Source: Pseudomonas aeruginosa
Lineage (GTDB): Bacteria > Pseudomonadota > Gammaproteobacteria > Pseudomonadales > Pseudomonadaceae
Length of the DNA stretch: 32,000 bases
Direction: 5' to 3'
Assembly: GCF_001457615.1 (NCBI RefSeq)
Contig: NZ_LN831024.1
Coordinates: 3,870,001-3,902,000 of the forward strand
Shown here: positions 1-7,615 of the stretch, one piece after another
How the letters are laid out: every line of letters starts with the position of its first letter
Position numbering within the stretch: position 1 is the stretch's first letter
Position numbers and translations under genes: made by a program
The notes under the pieces: model-generated
Told to the model about the DNA's origin: nothing
Seen by the model: the letters and a program-made list of their open reading frames with translations, nothing else
Database searches by the model: none

Positions 1-569
1 CTGAACAAAATGCACAATATCTAGACTTATCAAACACTGAAAATAAAAAGAAAAATCCCAGGGTAATTTTTGAGAAGAAAATTGATGCTATTGCTGACTT
101 TCATAATGAATTGGCTACGGCGGGCTACCACGTCGAAACCTATGTTCATTACGGTGCTGACGATAGCCGCCATAGTTGGCGTGATTTGATCTGGAAAGGT
201 GACCCGACCCCTCTGGAAACCCCTGGCGCCACACTCAACGACGATGAGAACGGCACTTACAACAGTTGGTTCCGCCGGGGCTTGCCCACCATAGTGCAGG
301 GTCCGCTGGAGGCGGGAAATCCACTGGACGCTTCCGGCAGCGGAGGTGACGAAACGGTACCGACCGACTCCGGCCAGGCGCCTGCCCTGGCAGGTGTCAA
401 GGCCAGCTTTCGGCATGGCAGCAAGGGCAAGGGACAGGCCAATACCAAACGGGGCTATGAGCACCAGGAGAGTTACAACGATGCTCGTGCCCAATGGGCA
501 GCGCTATATGGTGTGATCAAAATCACCCAGTTGGCGGATTGGCATCCTAATGACAAAGGAGGGACATGA
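1..569 (+). CDS. tle4: 3' end of a T6SS lipase-type effector gene (Tle4/TplE-like), open at the window edge
   Basis: The frame starting at nt 3 has no stop until TGA 567-569. That stop overlaps the next gene's ATG (ATGA at 566-569). A lipoprotein immunity-like gene and a PAAR gene follow. Codon usage is AT-richer than the rest of the window. Identity is inferred from synteny with PAO1 PA1510; the catalytic domain lies outside the window. Confidence 0.55.
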   Translation, partial: EQNAQYLDLSNTENKKKNPRVIFEKKIDAIADFHNELATAGYHVETYVHYGADDSRHSWRDLIWKGDPTPLETPGATLNDDENGTYNSWFRRGLPTIVQGPLEAGNPLDASGSGGDETVPTDSGQAPALAGVKASFRHGSKGKGQANTKRGYEHQESYNDARAQWAALYGVIKITQLADWHPNDKGGT

Positions 570-1711
570 TGCATCCCCGTCGGTTGTTTGCTGTACTTGG
601 GTTGGTGGTCTTGACCAGCATGACCAGTTGTACTTCGTTTTCTTCTTCTCGGAGCCCTTCCATGGACAAGACCGGATGGATCACTCATTGCTTTGGTCGC
701 TTTCTGATTGATCTGCCGCCTGACGCGGTAATTAACGCCGGATACTATCTATGGGGCGACAACATCCAACGGCTAGATGGCACACCTGCTGAGCTAGCAG
801 CCAGGATTGCCCATCGCGAGCAAGAGTTACGGAATGGCATTCATAAAAAAACAAAGGAGAGCATGTTTGTTCGGAGGGCGGAAGACAAGGCTGGAGCCAT
901 TAGCCTGTGGTCTTGGGATTCGAATGCTAGTTTGCTTTCTTATAGGGTTGACTCATATTTTGTGGCTCATCCCAAGGGAGAGGTTTTTCTATACTCAGGA
1001 GAAGTTACTCACGATAAAGAGAAGGAAGGGGAGGAAGCTATCAATGATATATCCCGAAGCCTTCGCTCTCGCGAGCCCAAAGAAGCTCCAACTGAGCCGG
1101 GCTTTTGCATTGATCATGCCTATATTGCAGGGGAGAGTTTTCAAGATGAAGAGTTTGGCGTAGGTGTTACCTTTCCCAATCACCCTGGTGCGCGCTTTGA
1201 ATTCCGCTCCTCCACGGGATCTGAGCTAAACAGCCTTCTTGAGCGAGTCGACGGCTTCGTGCAGAACATGCTCGCTACGGTTGCTGGAGTCGAGAGATTG
1301 AGAAAGGGGAAGCATCCTGTCGGGAGCCTTCCCGGAGAGGAGTATCTGGTTGCGGGAAGCGATAAGGGACAGCGCGCCTACACATTCATGTGGGAGGTTC
1401 AAGGCAAGGAGGAATCGCTAACCGAGCCCAATCTTACTGCGGGACTGGCGGTACTGGAACGCAGCAATGAAAACGGTAAACCACCGCCCCCTGCCTTCAA
1501 ATCGGATAAAGAAGCATTGGAACTGTGGGACACCATTGTCGATTCGATTCGCGTGCGCCCGACGTCTTCATCGCCACGTGGCGGAAATGCCGGTCCTTCC
1601 CCTGCTCCGAAACCCGCTACGCCTGGCGGCCAAACGCTCGGTGATGACTATGTCTACGAGGAATTCCTCTCCAGCCTGAAGCCAAAAGACAGCTGGCTGG
1701 ACGACCTATAG
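566..1711 (+). CDS. tli4: Lipoprotein, probable cognate T6SS immunity protein (Tli4/TplEi-like), 381 aa
   Basis: N-terminus MMHPRRLFAVLGLVVLTSMTSC has a signal peptide and a lipobox-like MTSC. It is translationally coupled to the effector gene. Position is between effector and PAAR gene. GC content is lower than the core genes. Confidence 0.6.
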   Translation: MMHPRRLFAVLGLVVLTSMTSCTSFSSSRSPSMDKTGWITHCFGRFLIDLPPDAVINAGYYLWGDNIQRLDGTPAELAARIAHREQELRNGIHKKTKESMFVRRAEDKAGAISLWSWDSNASLLSYRVDSYFVAHPKGEVFLYSGEVTHDKEKEGEEAINDISRSLRSREPKEAPTEPGFCIDHAYIAGESFQDEEFGVGVTFPNHPGARFEFRSSTGSELNSLLERVDGFVQNMLATVAGVERLRKGKHPVGSLPGEEYLVAGSDKGQRAYTFMWEVQGKEESLTEPNLTAGLAVLERSNENGKPPPPAFKSDKEALELWDTIVDSIRVRPTSSSPRGGNAGPSPAPKPATPGGQTLGDDYVYEEFLSSLKPKDSWLDDL

Positions 1712-1723
1712 GAGCGACCCGCG

Positions 1724-1984
1724 ATGGACATCATTCGCCTTGGCGACACCACCAGCCATGGAGGCACGGTGATTGAGGCGTTCGCCCAGACCGACCTCAA
1801 CGGCAAGCCGATGGCCGGTGTAGGCCACCAAGTGGTTTGCCCCTTGTGCAAGGGAACCTTCCCCATTACCGAAGGTAGCGCCCTGCTGGATGTGAATGGG
1901 GTCCCGGTCGCGCTACATGGGATGAAAACAGCTTGTGGTGCCAGCCTGATTGCCAGTGGCCCGTTGGGCGCTGCCGAAAACTGA
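1724..1984 (+). CDS. PAAR-domain protein (T6SS spike tip), 86 aa
   Basis: Small protein with a PAAR-like pattern (GDTTSHGGTVIEA ... GHQVVCPLCKG ... VALHGMKTACGASLIA). GGAG lies 9 nt upstream of the ATG. It directly follows the effector/immunity pair. Confidence 0.8.
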   Translation: MDIIRLGDTTSHGGTVIEAFAQTDLNGKPMAGVGHQVVCPLCKGTFPITEGSALLDVNGVPVALHGMKTACGASLIASGPLGAAEN

Positions 1985-2460
1985 AAAAGGGGGACGTTCG
2001 ATATGCCGAACGACTTCGGCGACCTCCTTCGTGCCTCTCCTGTAGAACGCTCAGGAAAACTCCGCCGGCTTCTTGTCCAGCATGACCTGCCCAGAGCCTT
2101 GGCACCTTGGCCAGTCTGCCGTTGTGCACTCCAGCAAGCGCTGGCGGCATTCTCTTTGCTCGTTGAGCGTCTCCATTGCCGCCAGGATCTACTGGCGCTC
2201 AGATAACCGGTTGCTCTCGCGCACGTCGCTGCTTGTAGTCGCCAATGCAAGCAGGCGTTCCGCAAAGACCCATGGCTGATCCCGGGCGACAGGGTTCAAG
2301 GCCTTGCTGCACCGGGCTTGTGCCCACTGAGGTAGGGGTCGCTGAAAACTCCCAGCGGCTAGAGCACGTCGGCTATCCGACCAATGTCGTACACCGCCGG
2401 GCGTCCCGGGGGTAGCCGGCGCCAGTTCTATGGATACAGTGGAAGCAGCTCTGGAAAGCC

Positions 2461-2486
2461 TGTAGTAGACCGATTGGTCAACTACA
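2461..2486. promoter_or_regulatory. 26-bp imperfect dyad with a RutR-box-like core
   Basis: TGTAGTAGACCGATTGGTCAACTACA: 11 of 13 symmetric pairs match. The core TAGACCGATTGGTCAA matches the E. coli RutR consensus TTGACCAnnTGGTCAA at 12 of 14 specified positions. It lies about 180 bp upstream of the permease ATG. Confidence 0.4.
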
Positions 2487-2495
2487 AAAAATTAC

Positions 2496-2507
2496 TTTGT
2501 ATACAAA
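2496..2507. promoter_or_regulatory. Perfect 12-bp palindrome TTTGTATACAAA (operator candidate)
   Basis: Read directly from the sequence. It sits just upstream of the predicted -35. Related copies occur in the gcl/DUF336 divergent region. Confidence 0.45.
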
Positions 2508-2514
2508 AAATCGA

Positions 2515-2543
2515 TTGAATCGAGCACACAACGGGGATATAAA
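2515..2543 (+). promoter_or_regulatory. Sigma70-type promoter candidate for the nucleobase permease
   Basis: TTGAAT (2515-2520), 17-nt spacer, TATAAA (2538-2543). The -35 is embedded in the perfect dyad TCGATTGAATCGA (2511-2523). The roughly 115-nt leader contains inverted repeats CACCCCA/TGGGGTG (2545-2576) and CCGGAA/TTCCGG (2603-2622). Confidence 0.4.
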
Positions 2544-2666
2544 ACACCCCACCGCATCGCCCTGAAGCCTGGGGTGGATGTTCGGCCAGAAATACCCGGC
2601 CGCCGGAACCTGCCTTTTCCGGTGTCCGCCTGCGACTGACAACAATAAAAACGCCTGAGGTGTTGC

Positions 2667-4034
2667 ATGTCCGTGGTAACTGATCGCCGCATCCCCGACT
2701 CGCCCGTAGACCAGCGCCTGCCGCTGACGCAGCTGCTGCTGGTGGGCTTCCAGCATGTGCTGCTGATGTACGGTGGCGCCGTCGCCGTGCCTCTGATCGT
2801 CGGCCAGGCGGCCGGCCTCTCGCGCGAGGAAATCGCCTTCCTGATCAACGCCGACCTGCTGGTCGCCGGCATCGCCACCCTGGTCCAGTCGCTGGGCATC
2901 GGCCCGATGGGCATCCGCATGCCGGTGATGATGGGCGCCAGCTTCGCCGCCGTCGGCAGCATGGTGGCGATGGCCGGGATGCCCGGCGTGGGCATCACCG
3001 GGATCTTCGGCGCGACCATCGCCGCCGGTTTCTTCGGCATGCTCATCGCCCCCTTCATGTCGCGCATCGTGCGTTTCTTCCCACCGCTGGTGACCGGCAC
3101 GGTGATCACCTCGATCGGCATGTGCCTGTTCCCGGTGGCGATCAACTGGGCCGGCGGCGGCAAGGGCGCGGAAGACTTCGGCTCCCTGCACTTCCTGTTC
3201 CTCTCCAGCCTGGTGCTCTGCACCATCCTCCTGATCAACCGCTTCATGCGCGGTTTCTGGGTCAACATCTCGGTGCTGATGGGCATGGGCCTGGGCTACG
3301 CGATCGCCGGCGGCATGGGCATGGTCGACCTCGGCGGTCTGGCCGAGCGCCCCTGGTTCGACATCGTCACCCCGCTGCACTTCGGCGCGCCGACCTTCGA
3401 CCTGGCGCCGATCCTGTCGATGTGCCTGGTGGTAGTGATCATCTTCGTCGAGTCCACCGGCATGTTCCTCGCCCTGGGCAAGATCACCGGCCGCGAGATC
3501 ACCCCGACCGAACTGCGCCGCGGCCTGCTCTGCGACGCCGGCGCCTCGTTCTTCGCCGGTTTCCTGAACACCTTCACCCATTCCTCGTTCGCCCAGAACA
3601 TCGGCCTGGTGCAGATGACCGGGGTGCGCAGCCGCTACGTCACGGTGGCCGCCGCCGGTTTCCTGATCCTCCTCAGCATGCTGCCCAAGGCCGCCTTCCT
3701 GGTCGCCTCGATCCCGCCGGCGGTACTCGGCGGCGCCGGCATCGCCATGTTCGGCATGGTCGCCGCCAGCGGCATCCAGATCCTCCACGAGGCCAACATC
3801 ACCGACCGCCGCAACCAGTTGCTGGTGGCGGTAAGCATCGGCATGGGCATGGTGCCGGTGGTGCGCCCGGACTTCTTCGCCCGCCTGCCGGTCTGGATGG
3901 AGCCGATCACCCATAGCGGCATCGCCATGACCGCGATCTGGGCGGTGGTGCTGAACCTGCTGTTCAACATCCTCAGCCGCAACGACCGCAGCCACTTGTG
4001 CGGCAGCCACGCGCCGGCGCCCAAGCACTCCTGA
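2667..4034 (+). CDS. NCS2-family nucleobase:cation symporter (xanthine/uracil permease type), 455 aa
   Basis: Polytopic membrane protein. The N-terminal motif FQHVLLMYGGAVAVPLIVG is typical of NCS2/PbuX-XanP permeases. GAGG lies 6 nt upstream of the ATG. Confidence 0.9.
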   Translation: MSVVTDRRIPDSPVDQRLPLTQLLLVGFQHVLLMYGGAVAVPLIVGQAAGLSREEIAFLINADLLVAGIATLVQSLGIGPMGIRMPVMMGASFAAVGSMVAMAGMPGVGITGIFGATIAAGFFGMLIAPFMSRIVRFFPPLVTGTVITSIGMCLFPVAINWAGGGKGAEDFGSLHFLFLSSLVLCTILLINRFMRGFWVNISVLMGMGLGYAIAGGMGMVDLGGLAERPWFDIVTPLHFGAPTFDLAPILSMCLVVVIIFVESTGMFLALGKITGREITPTELRRGLLCDAGASFFAGFLNTFTHSSFAQNIGLVQMTGVRSRYVTVAAAGFLILLSMLPKAAFLVASIPPAVLGGAGIAMFGMVAASGIQILHEANITDRRNQLLVAVSIGMGMVPVVRPDFFARLPVWMEPITHSGIAMTAIWAVVLNLLFNILSRNDRSHLCGSHAPAPKHS

Positions 4035-4040
4035 CTCCCT

Positions 4041-4105
4041 GGCGGACCGGCGACACTCCCGGTCCGCCCTTCCCTCGGGCCGGACTTCGTCCGGCTTCTT
4101 TTTTT
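4041..4105 (+). terminator. Tandem hairpins ending in a Rho-independent terminator after the permease gene
   Basis: GGCGGACCGG (4041-4050) pairs with CCGGTCCGCC (4059-4068). GCCGGAC-TTC-GTCCGGC (4079-4095) is followed by TTCTTTTTTT. Confidence 0.7.
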
Positions 4106-4125
4106 CCGCTCGCGGTCCGCACCAC

Positions 4126-4455
4126 TCAGTCCCGCCGAAGGAAAGGCCCCGCCTTGCGCTCCAGCAGATGCAGCAATTCCGCCTGCATGTAGGCGTAGTC
4201 GTCCGGGATATCCAGGCAGACCAGGCGCTTGCCTTTCATCGCCGCGGCGTGCCGGCGCAGCAGCGCCTGCCGGTGGCGGCGCTCCATGACGACGACCAGC
4301 GTCGCCCACTCCAGTTGCTCCCGCTCCAGGGGCGTCTCGGCGTCCGCCGCCAGCCCGGCGGAATCGGTCTCGACGCCCGGCCAGTCGGCGAACAGCCGTT
4401 CGGCGCTGGGACTACGCAGGCGGTTGCGGCTGCAGATGAACAGGACCCGGTGCAT
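4126..4455 (-). CDS. Small LMW-PTP/ArsC-fold phosphatase-like protein, 109 aa
   Basis: The N-terminus MHRVLFICSRNRLRSP carries the CX5R(S/T) P-loop (C-SRNRL-R-S). AAGGAAAG lies upstream of the ATG. It is downstream of moaA on the same strand. Confidence 0.7.
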   Translation of the reverse strand: MHRVLFICSRNRLRSPSAERLFADWPGVETDSAGLAADAETPLEREQLEWATLVVVMERRHRQALLRRHAAAMKGKRLVCLDIPDDYAYMQAELLHLLERKAGPFLRRD

Positions 4456-4639
4456 GGGAGGCTTTCCTTTGCTGGCGCGGCAGGTAGCATGACGTCTTCG
4501 CCGCGTTTCGGCGTTGCGCCGCGTCGCTTTTCCCGGGACGGGGCAGCGAGCGGTGCGTGCCGGAACACGGTCACCCGGGTGGCATGGGGGAGGAAGCGGC
4601 GGATGGCGCCGTTGGTGCCATCGTCCCAGGAGGATACCG

Positions 4640-5635
4640 TCAGCCGCCGGTCATGCTCATGAAACGCAGCACCTGGACCTGCTCCTGGGCGTCGAAGTGA
4701 TGCCGCTCCGGCTTCAGGTTCAGCGCCGCCACCAGTGCCGCGCTCAGGCGCTCGCGGTCGCCGGGATGGCTGCGCAGCAGTTCGCGCAGGTCGAGCGCCC
4801 CCTCGTGGCCGAGGCAGAGCACCAGCTTGCCCTCGGCGGTGACGCGCACGCGGTTGCAGTCGCCGCAGAAATTATTGCTGTGAGGTGAGATGAAGCCGAT
4901 CCGGCTGGGCTCGTCGCCGATCTGGTAATACCGCGACGGCCCGCCGCTGCGCGCCAGGCTCGGGGTCAGCGGCCAGCGGCGCTCGATGATCGCGCGGACT
5001 TCGTCGCTGGTGCAGAGAGTCAGTTCGCGACGGTGGCTGGTGATGCTGCCCAGCGGCATTTCCTCGATGAAACTGATGTCCAACTGGTTGGCCAGGGCGT
5101 ACTCGACCAGGTCGAGGATCTCGTCGTCGTTGCGGCCCTTCTGTACCACGCAGTTCAGCTTGATCCGCTCGAAACCGGCTTCGCGCGCCGCCTGGATGCC
5201 GTCCAGCACCTGCTCCAGGCGATCGCTACGGGTGAAGGCGGCGAAGCGTTCGCGCTGCAGCGAGTCGAGGCTGACGTTGAGGCGGCGGACGCCGGCGGCC
5301 TTCAGCTCGGCGGCGCGCTCGCGGAGTTGCGAACCGTTGGTGGTGATCGCCAGGTCTTCCAGTTCCGCACGCTGCCCCAGGCGTGCCAGCAGGCCGGTGA
5401 TGCCCTTGCGCACCAGCGGCTCGCCGCCGGTGATACGAATGCGCCGCACGCCGAGGCCGATGAAGGCGTCGGCCACCGCGTACAGTTCTTCCAGGCTGAG
5501 GACCTGGTCGCGGGGAAGGAACTGCATGTCTTCGCTCATGCAGTAGGTGCAGCGGAAGTCGCAGCGATCCGTCACCGACAGGCGCAGGTAGGTGATGCGA
5601 CGGCCGAAGGGATCGACCAGGCGGGAATCGGACAT
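4640..5635 (-). CDS. moaA: GTP 3',8-cyclase MoaA (radical SAM, molybdenum cofactor biosynthesis), 331 aa
   Basis: CDFRCTYC radical-SAM cluster motif near the N-terminus. C-terminal CGDCNRVRVTAEGKL second-cluster region. Full-length MoaA-like. Confidence 0.92.
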   Translation of the reverse strand: MSDSRLVDPFGRRITYLRLSVTDRCDFRCTYCMSEDMQFLPRDQVLSLEELYAVADAFIGLGVRRIRITGGEPLVRKGITGLLARLGQRAELEDLAITTNGSQLRERAAELKAAGVRRLNVSLDSLQRERFAAFTRSDRLEQVLDGIQAAREAGFERIKLNCVVQKGRNDDEILDLVEYALANQLDISFIEEMPLGSITSHRRELTLCTSDEVRAIIERRWPLTPSLARSGGPSRYYQIGDEPSRIGFISPHSNNFCGDCNRVRVTAEGKLVLCLGHEGALDLRELLRSHPGDRERLSAALVAALNLKPERHHFDAQEQVQVLRFMSMTGG

Positions 5636-5869
5636 AGTGACTCGTTCTGTTCCGGGGGCTCGCCCGGCGCTCGGTGGGTGAGTGCGAGCGGGCGACTCGA
5701 TACCCCTAACGAATACTCCAAATACCGGAAAATGTATAGGGCAAATGAACCGGCGGGTCAGGATTTCCCGGGCCTCCGCCTCGCTCGCACCTTGCTTGAG
5801 GGGCGCTCCGGGCGGGTGCTACCATCCTCGGCTTCCTGCCGCCGTTGCAGCAATGAAGAACAAGGACTG

Positions 5870-6520
5870 ATGACCAGCATCCGCGAGCGCAACAAGCGCC
5901 TGATCCTCCGCGCCGCCAGCGAGGAATTCGCCGACAAGGGCTTCGCGGCGACCAAGACCAGCGACATCGCCGCCCGCGCCGGCCTGCCCAAGCCCAACGT
6001 CTACTACTACTTCCAGTCCAAGGAAAACCTCTATCGCTGCGTGCTGGAAAGCATCGTCGAGCCGCTGCTGCAAGCGTCGGCACCGTTCCGCGTGGAAGAC
6101 GACCCGCTGCTCGCCCTGCCCGCCTACATCCGCTCGAAGATCCGCATCTCCCGCGAGCTGCCGCATGCCTCCAAGGTCTTCGCCAGCGAGATCATGCACG
6201 GCGCGCCGCACCTGCCGAAGGAATACCTCGACGAACTGAACGCCCAGGCCCAGCGCAACGTCACCTGCCTGCAGACCTGGATCGACCGTGGCCAGCTCGC
6301 CCCGGTGGACCCGCATCACCTGCTCTTCGCCATCTGGGCGGCGACCCAGACCTATGCCGACTTCGATTGGCAGATTTCCATCGTCACCGGCAAGGAACAG
6401 CTCAGCGACGCCGACTACGACGCTGCGGTGGAAACCATCACCCGCCTGGTCCTGAAAGGCTGCACGCCCGACGGGCAATCCGGCAAGAGCGCCGGCCGGC
6501 TTCGGCCGCTGCCGCTCTGA
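5870..6520 (+). CDS. TetR-family transcriptional regulator, RutR/YcdC-like, 216 aa
   Basis: MTSIRERNKRLILRAASEEFADKGFAATKTSDIAARAGLPKPNVYYYFQSKENLY is a TetR HTH, and the YYYF-SKE signature is seen in RutR-type proteins. The ATG at 5870 is preceded by AGGA. The longer 495-aa ORF lies antisense to moaA and is rejected. Confidence 0.85.
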   Translation: MTSIRERNKRLILRAASEEFADKGFAATKTSDIAARAGLPKPNVYYYFQSKENLYRCVLESIVEPLLQASAPFRVEDDPLLALPAYIRSKIRISRELPHASKVFASEIMHGAPHLPKEYLDELNAQAQRNVTCLQTWIDRGQLAPVDPHHLLFAIWAATQTYADFDWQISIVTGKEQLSDADYDAAVETITRLVLKGCTPDGQSGKSAGRLRPLPL

Positions 6521-6572
6521 CCCGCCCCAGCGCCGGCTTCGCACCGAGCGGCGTGACGCGGTATTCGACCCG

Positions 6573-6880
6573 CGGCGGCAGCTCCGCATACACCTCGCCT
6601 GGACGCTATCGGCGGAGTTGCTCGAGCGCGGTATCCGGGTCAACGCCCTGAACCCGGGGCCGACCCGGACGCCAGCGCTGGACAAAGCCGCTACCGATGT
6701 CGAGGCCACCCAGGCGCTGAGGGAGAAGATTGGCCGGGACGCCTGGGGGAGCCGCTGGAGATCGTCAGTGCCGCGCTATTCCTGGCCTCGAACGAGCCCC
6801 GCTGCAGGTATGGCACGGAGAGCCTGGTGGATGGCGGCGTACGCTACCTGAAGAAGGGAGCGAAGGCCCGGTCCTGGTGA
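6573..6880 (+). pseudogene. 5'-truncated, frameshifted remnant of a short-chain dehydrogenase/reductase (SDR) gene
   Basis: One frame reads LSAELLERGIRVNALNPGPTRTPALDK. A second frame continues GEPLEIVSAALFLASNEPRCRYGTESLVDGGVRYL to TGA 6878-6880. This is the typical SDR C-terminal half split by a frameshift near 6745-6752. No Rossmann N-terminus is present. Confidence 0.55.
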
Positions 6881-6893
6881 GCGGGCCGCAAGC

Positions 6894-7325
6894 TCAACCG
6901 GCGTCGGGCACCAGCCCGACCGCCAGCACGCCCTGGATCGCGCATTGCTCGTCGATATCCGAGGTATCGCCGCTGATACCGACCGCGCCGACCACCTCTG
7001 CCTTGTCGTTGCGAATCAGCACCCCGCCCGGCGCCGGAACCAGATTGCCATGGGCCAGGGTGTTCACCGCGGAAATGAACGAAGGCCGCTGCTGCGCATC
7101 CGCCGCCAGCAGACGCGACGACTTGCCCAGGGCCACGGCGCCCCAGGCCTTGCCGATGGCGATCTGCGGTCGCAGCATGCTGGCGCCGTCCTCGCGCTGC
7201 AGCGCCACCAGGTGGCCGCCAGCATCGAGCACCGCGATGGTCAGGGGCGCGGTGGACAGCTCGCGCCCCACCGCCAGCGCCTGGCGGGTAATGCCCAGCG
7301 CGGTTTCCAGACTGATGGTGGTCAT
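6894..7325 (-). CDS. GlcG/DUF336 (haem-binding HbpS-like) family protein, 143 aa
   Basis: MTTISLETALGITRQALAVGRELSTAPLTIAVLDAGGHLVAL...AIGKAWGA...GGVLI...GAVGISGDTSDIDEQCA is the DUF336 pattern. The ATG at 7325 is preceded by GAGAGGAA. The 194-aa extension is rejected. Confidence 0.85.
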   Translation of the reverse strand: MTTISLETALGITRQALAVGRELSTAPLTIAVLDAGGHLVALQREDGASMLRPQIAIGKAWGAVALGKSSRLLAADAQQRPSFISAVNTLAHGNLVPAPGGVLIRNDKAEVVGAVGISGDTSDIDEQCAIQGVLAVGLVPDAG

Positions 7326-7393
7326 GGTCGTTCCTCTCGAGTTGTTAAGGCTAGAAATCGGGAAACCACCCGCTATGCGGGCGCGTTCGAAAA

Positions 7394-7405
7394 TTTGTAC
7401 CCAAT
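7394..7405. promoter_or_regulatory. Operator-like site TTTGTACCCAAT
   Basis: It differs by one base from TTTGTACACAA at 7617-7627. It lies about 70 bp upstream of the DUF336 gene start. Confidence 0.3.
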
Positions 7406-7458
7406 CTAGTAGCCGACCGGCCCTACGAAAGCAACATTCCAGAACAATATGAACATAA

Positions 7459-7470
7459 TTTTGTATACAT
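7459..7470. promoter_or_regulatory. Operator-like site TTTTGTATACAT (palindromic core TGTATACA)
   Basis: It has the same GTATAC core as 2496-2507. It sits in the AT-rich divergent intergenic region. Confidence 0.35.
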
Positions 7471-7560
7471 TTTTTCAAACGCTGGTTTTATAAGCCTGCT
7501 AACAAGCATTACAACTAATTGTTTTTATTATGAAAAAATGGATTTCAGCGGCTTTTTCAA

Positions 7561-7570
7561 GCGTATACAA
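7561..7570. promoter_or_regulatory. Operator-like half site GCGTATACAA just upstream of the gcl -35
   Basis: The GTATAC core at 7563-7568 is exactly 100 bp from the core at 7463-7468. Confidence 0.3.
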
Positions 7571-7576
7571 CCCATC

Positions 7577-7606
7577 TTGACCTTGCGCTCCCCCTCTGCC
7601 TAGAAT
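7577..7606 (+). promoter_or_regulatory. Sigma70-type promoter candidate for gcl
   Basis: TTGACC (7577-7582), 18-nt spacer, TAGAAT (7601-7606). It lies about 48 bp upstream of the gcl ATG. Confidence 0.4.
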
Positions 7607-7615
7607 CGTTCCAAC

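Noticed and set aside
2544-2666. Purine riboswitch in the 5' leader of the nucleobase permease.
   Set aside because: Two hairpins are present, but the conserved purine-aptamer loops and junction (UAUAAU ... UUUCUACC ... CCGUAAAU style) are absent. No three-way-junction layout is evident.
2478-4028. 516-aa ORF antisense to the NCS2 permease. Similar long antisense or alternate-frame ORFs occur elsewhere, e.g. 7600-9288(-), 8037-9515(+), 12818-14443(-), 16304-18886(-), 20416-21750(+), 20516-21910(-), 27599-29599(+) and 28101-29909(-).
   Set aside because: Their translations are low-complexity Arg/Ala/Gly/His/Asp/Pro-rich strings with no family signatures. They lie opposite, or out of frame with, genes that have clear homology-like motifs and SD sequences. 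This is typical shadow-ORF behaviour in high-GC DNA.
5636-5869. Possible Moco riboswitch in the moaA leader (minus strand).
   Set aside because: The leader is GC-rich and structured and contains GGCGGAGGCCCGGG. I cannot match it to the Moco RNA motif from memory with any confidence. It is left unreported as a feature. cmsearch with Rfam RF01055 on the minus strand of 5636-5869 would decide.
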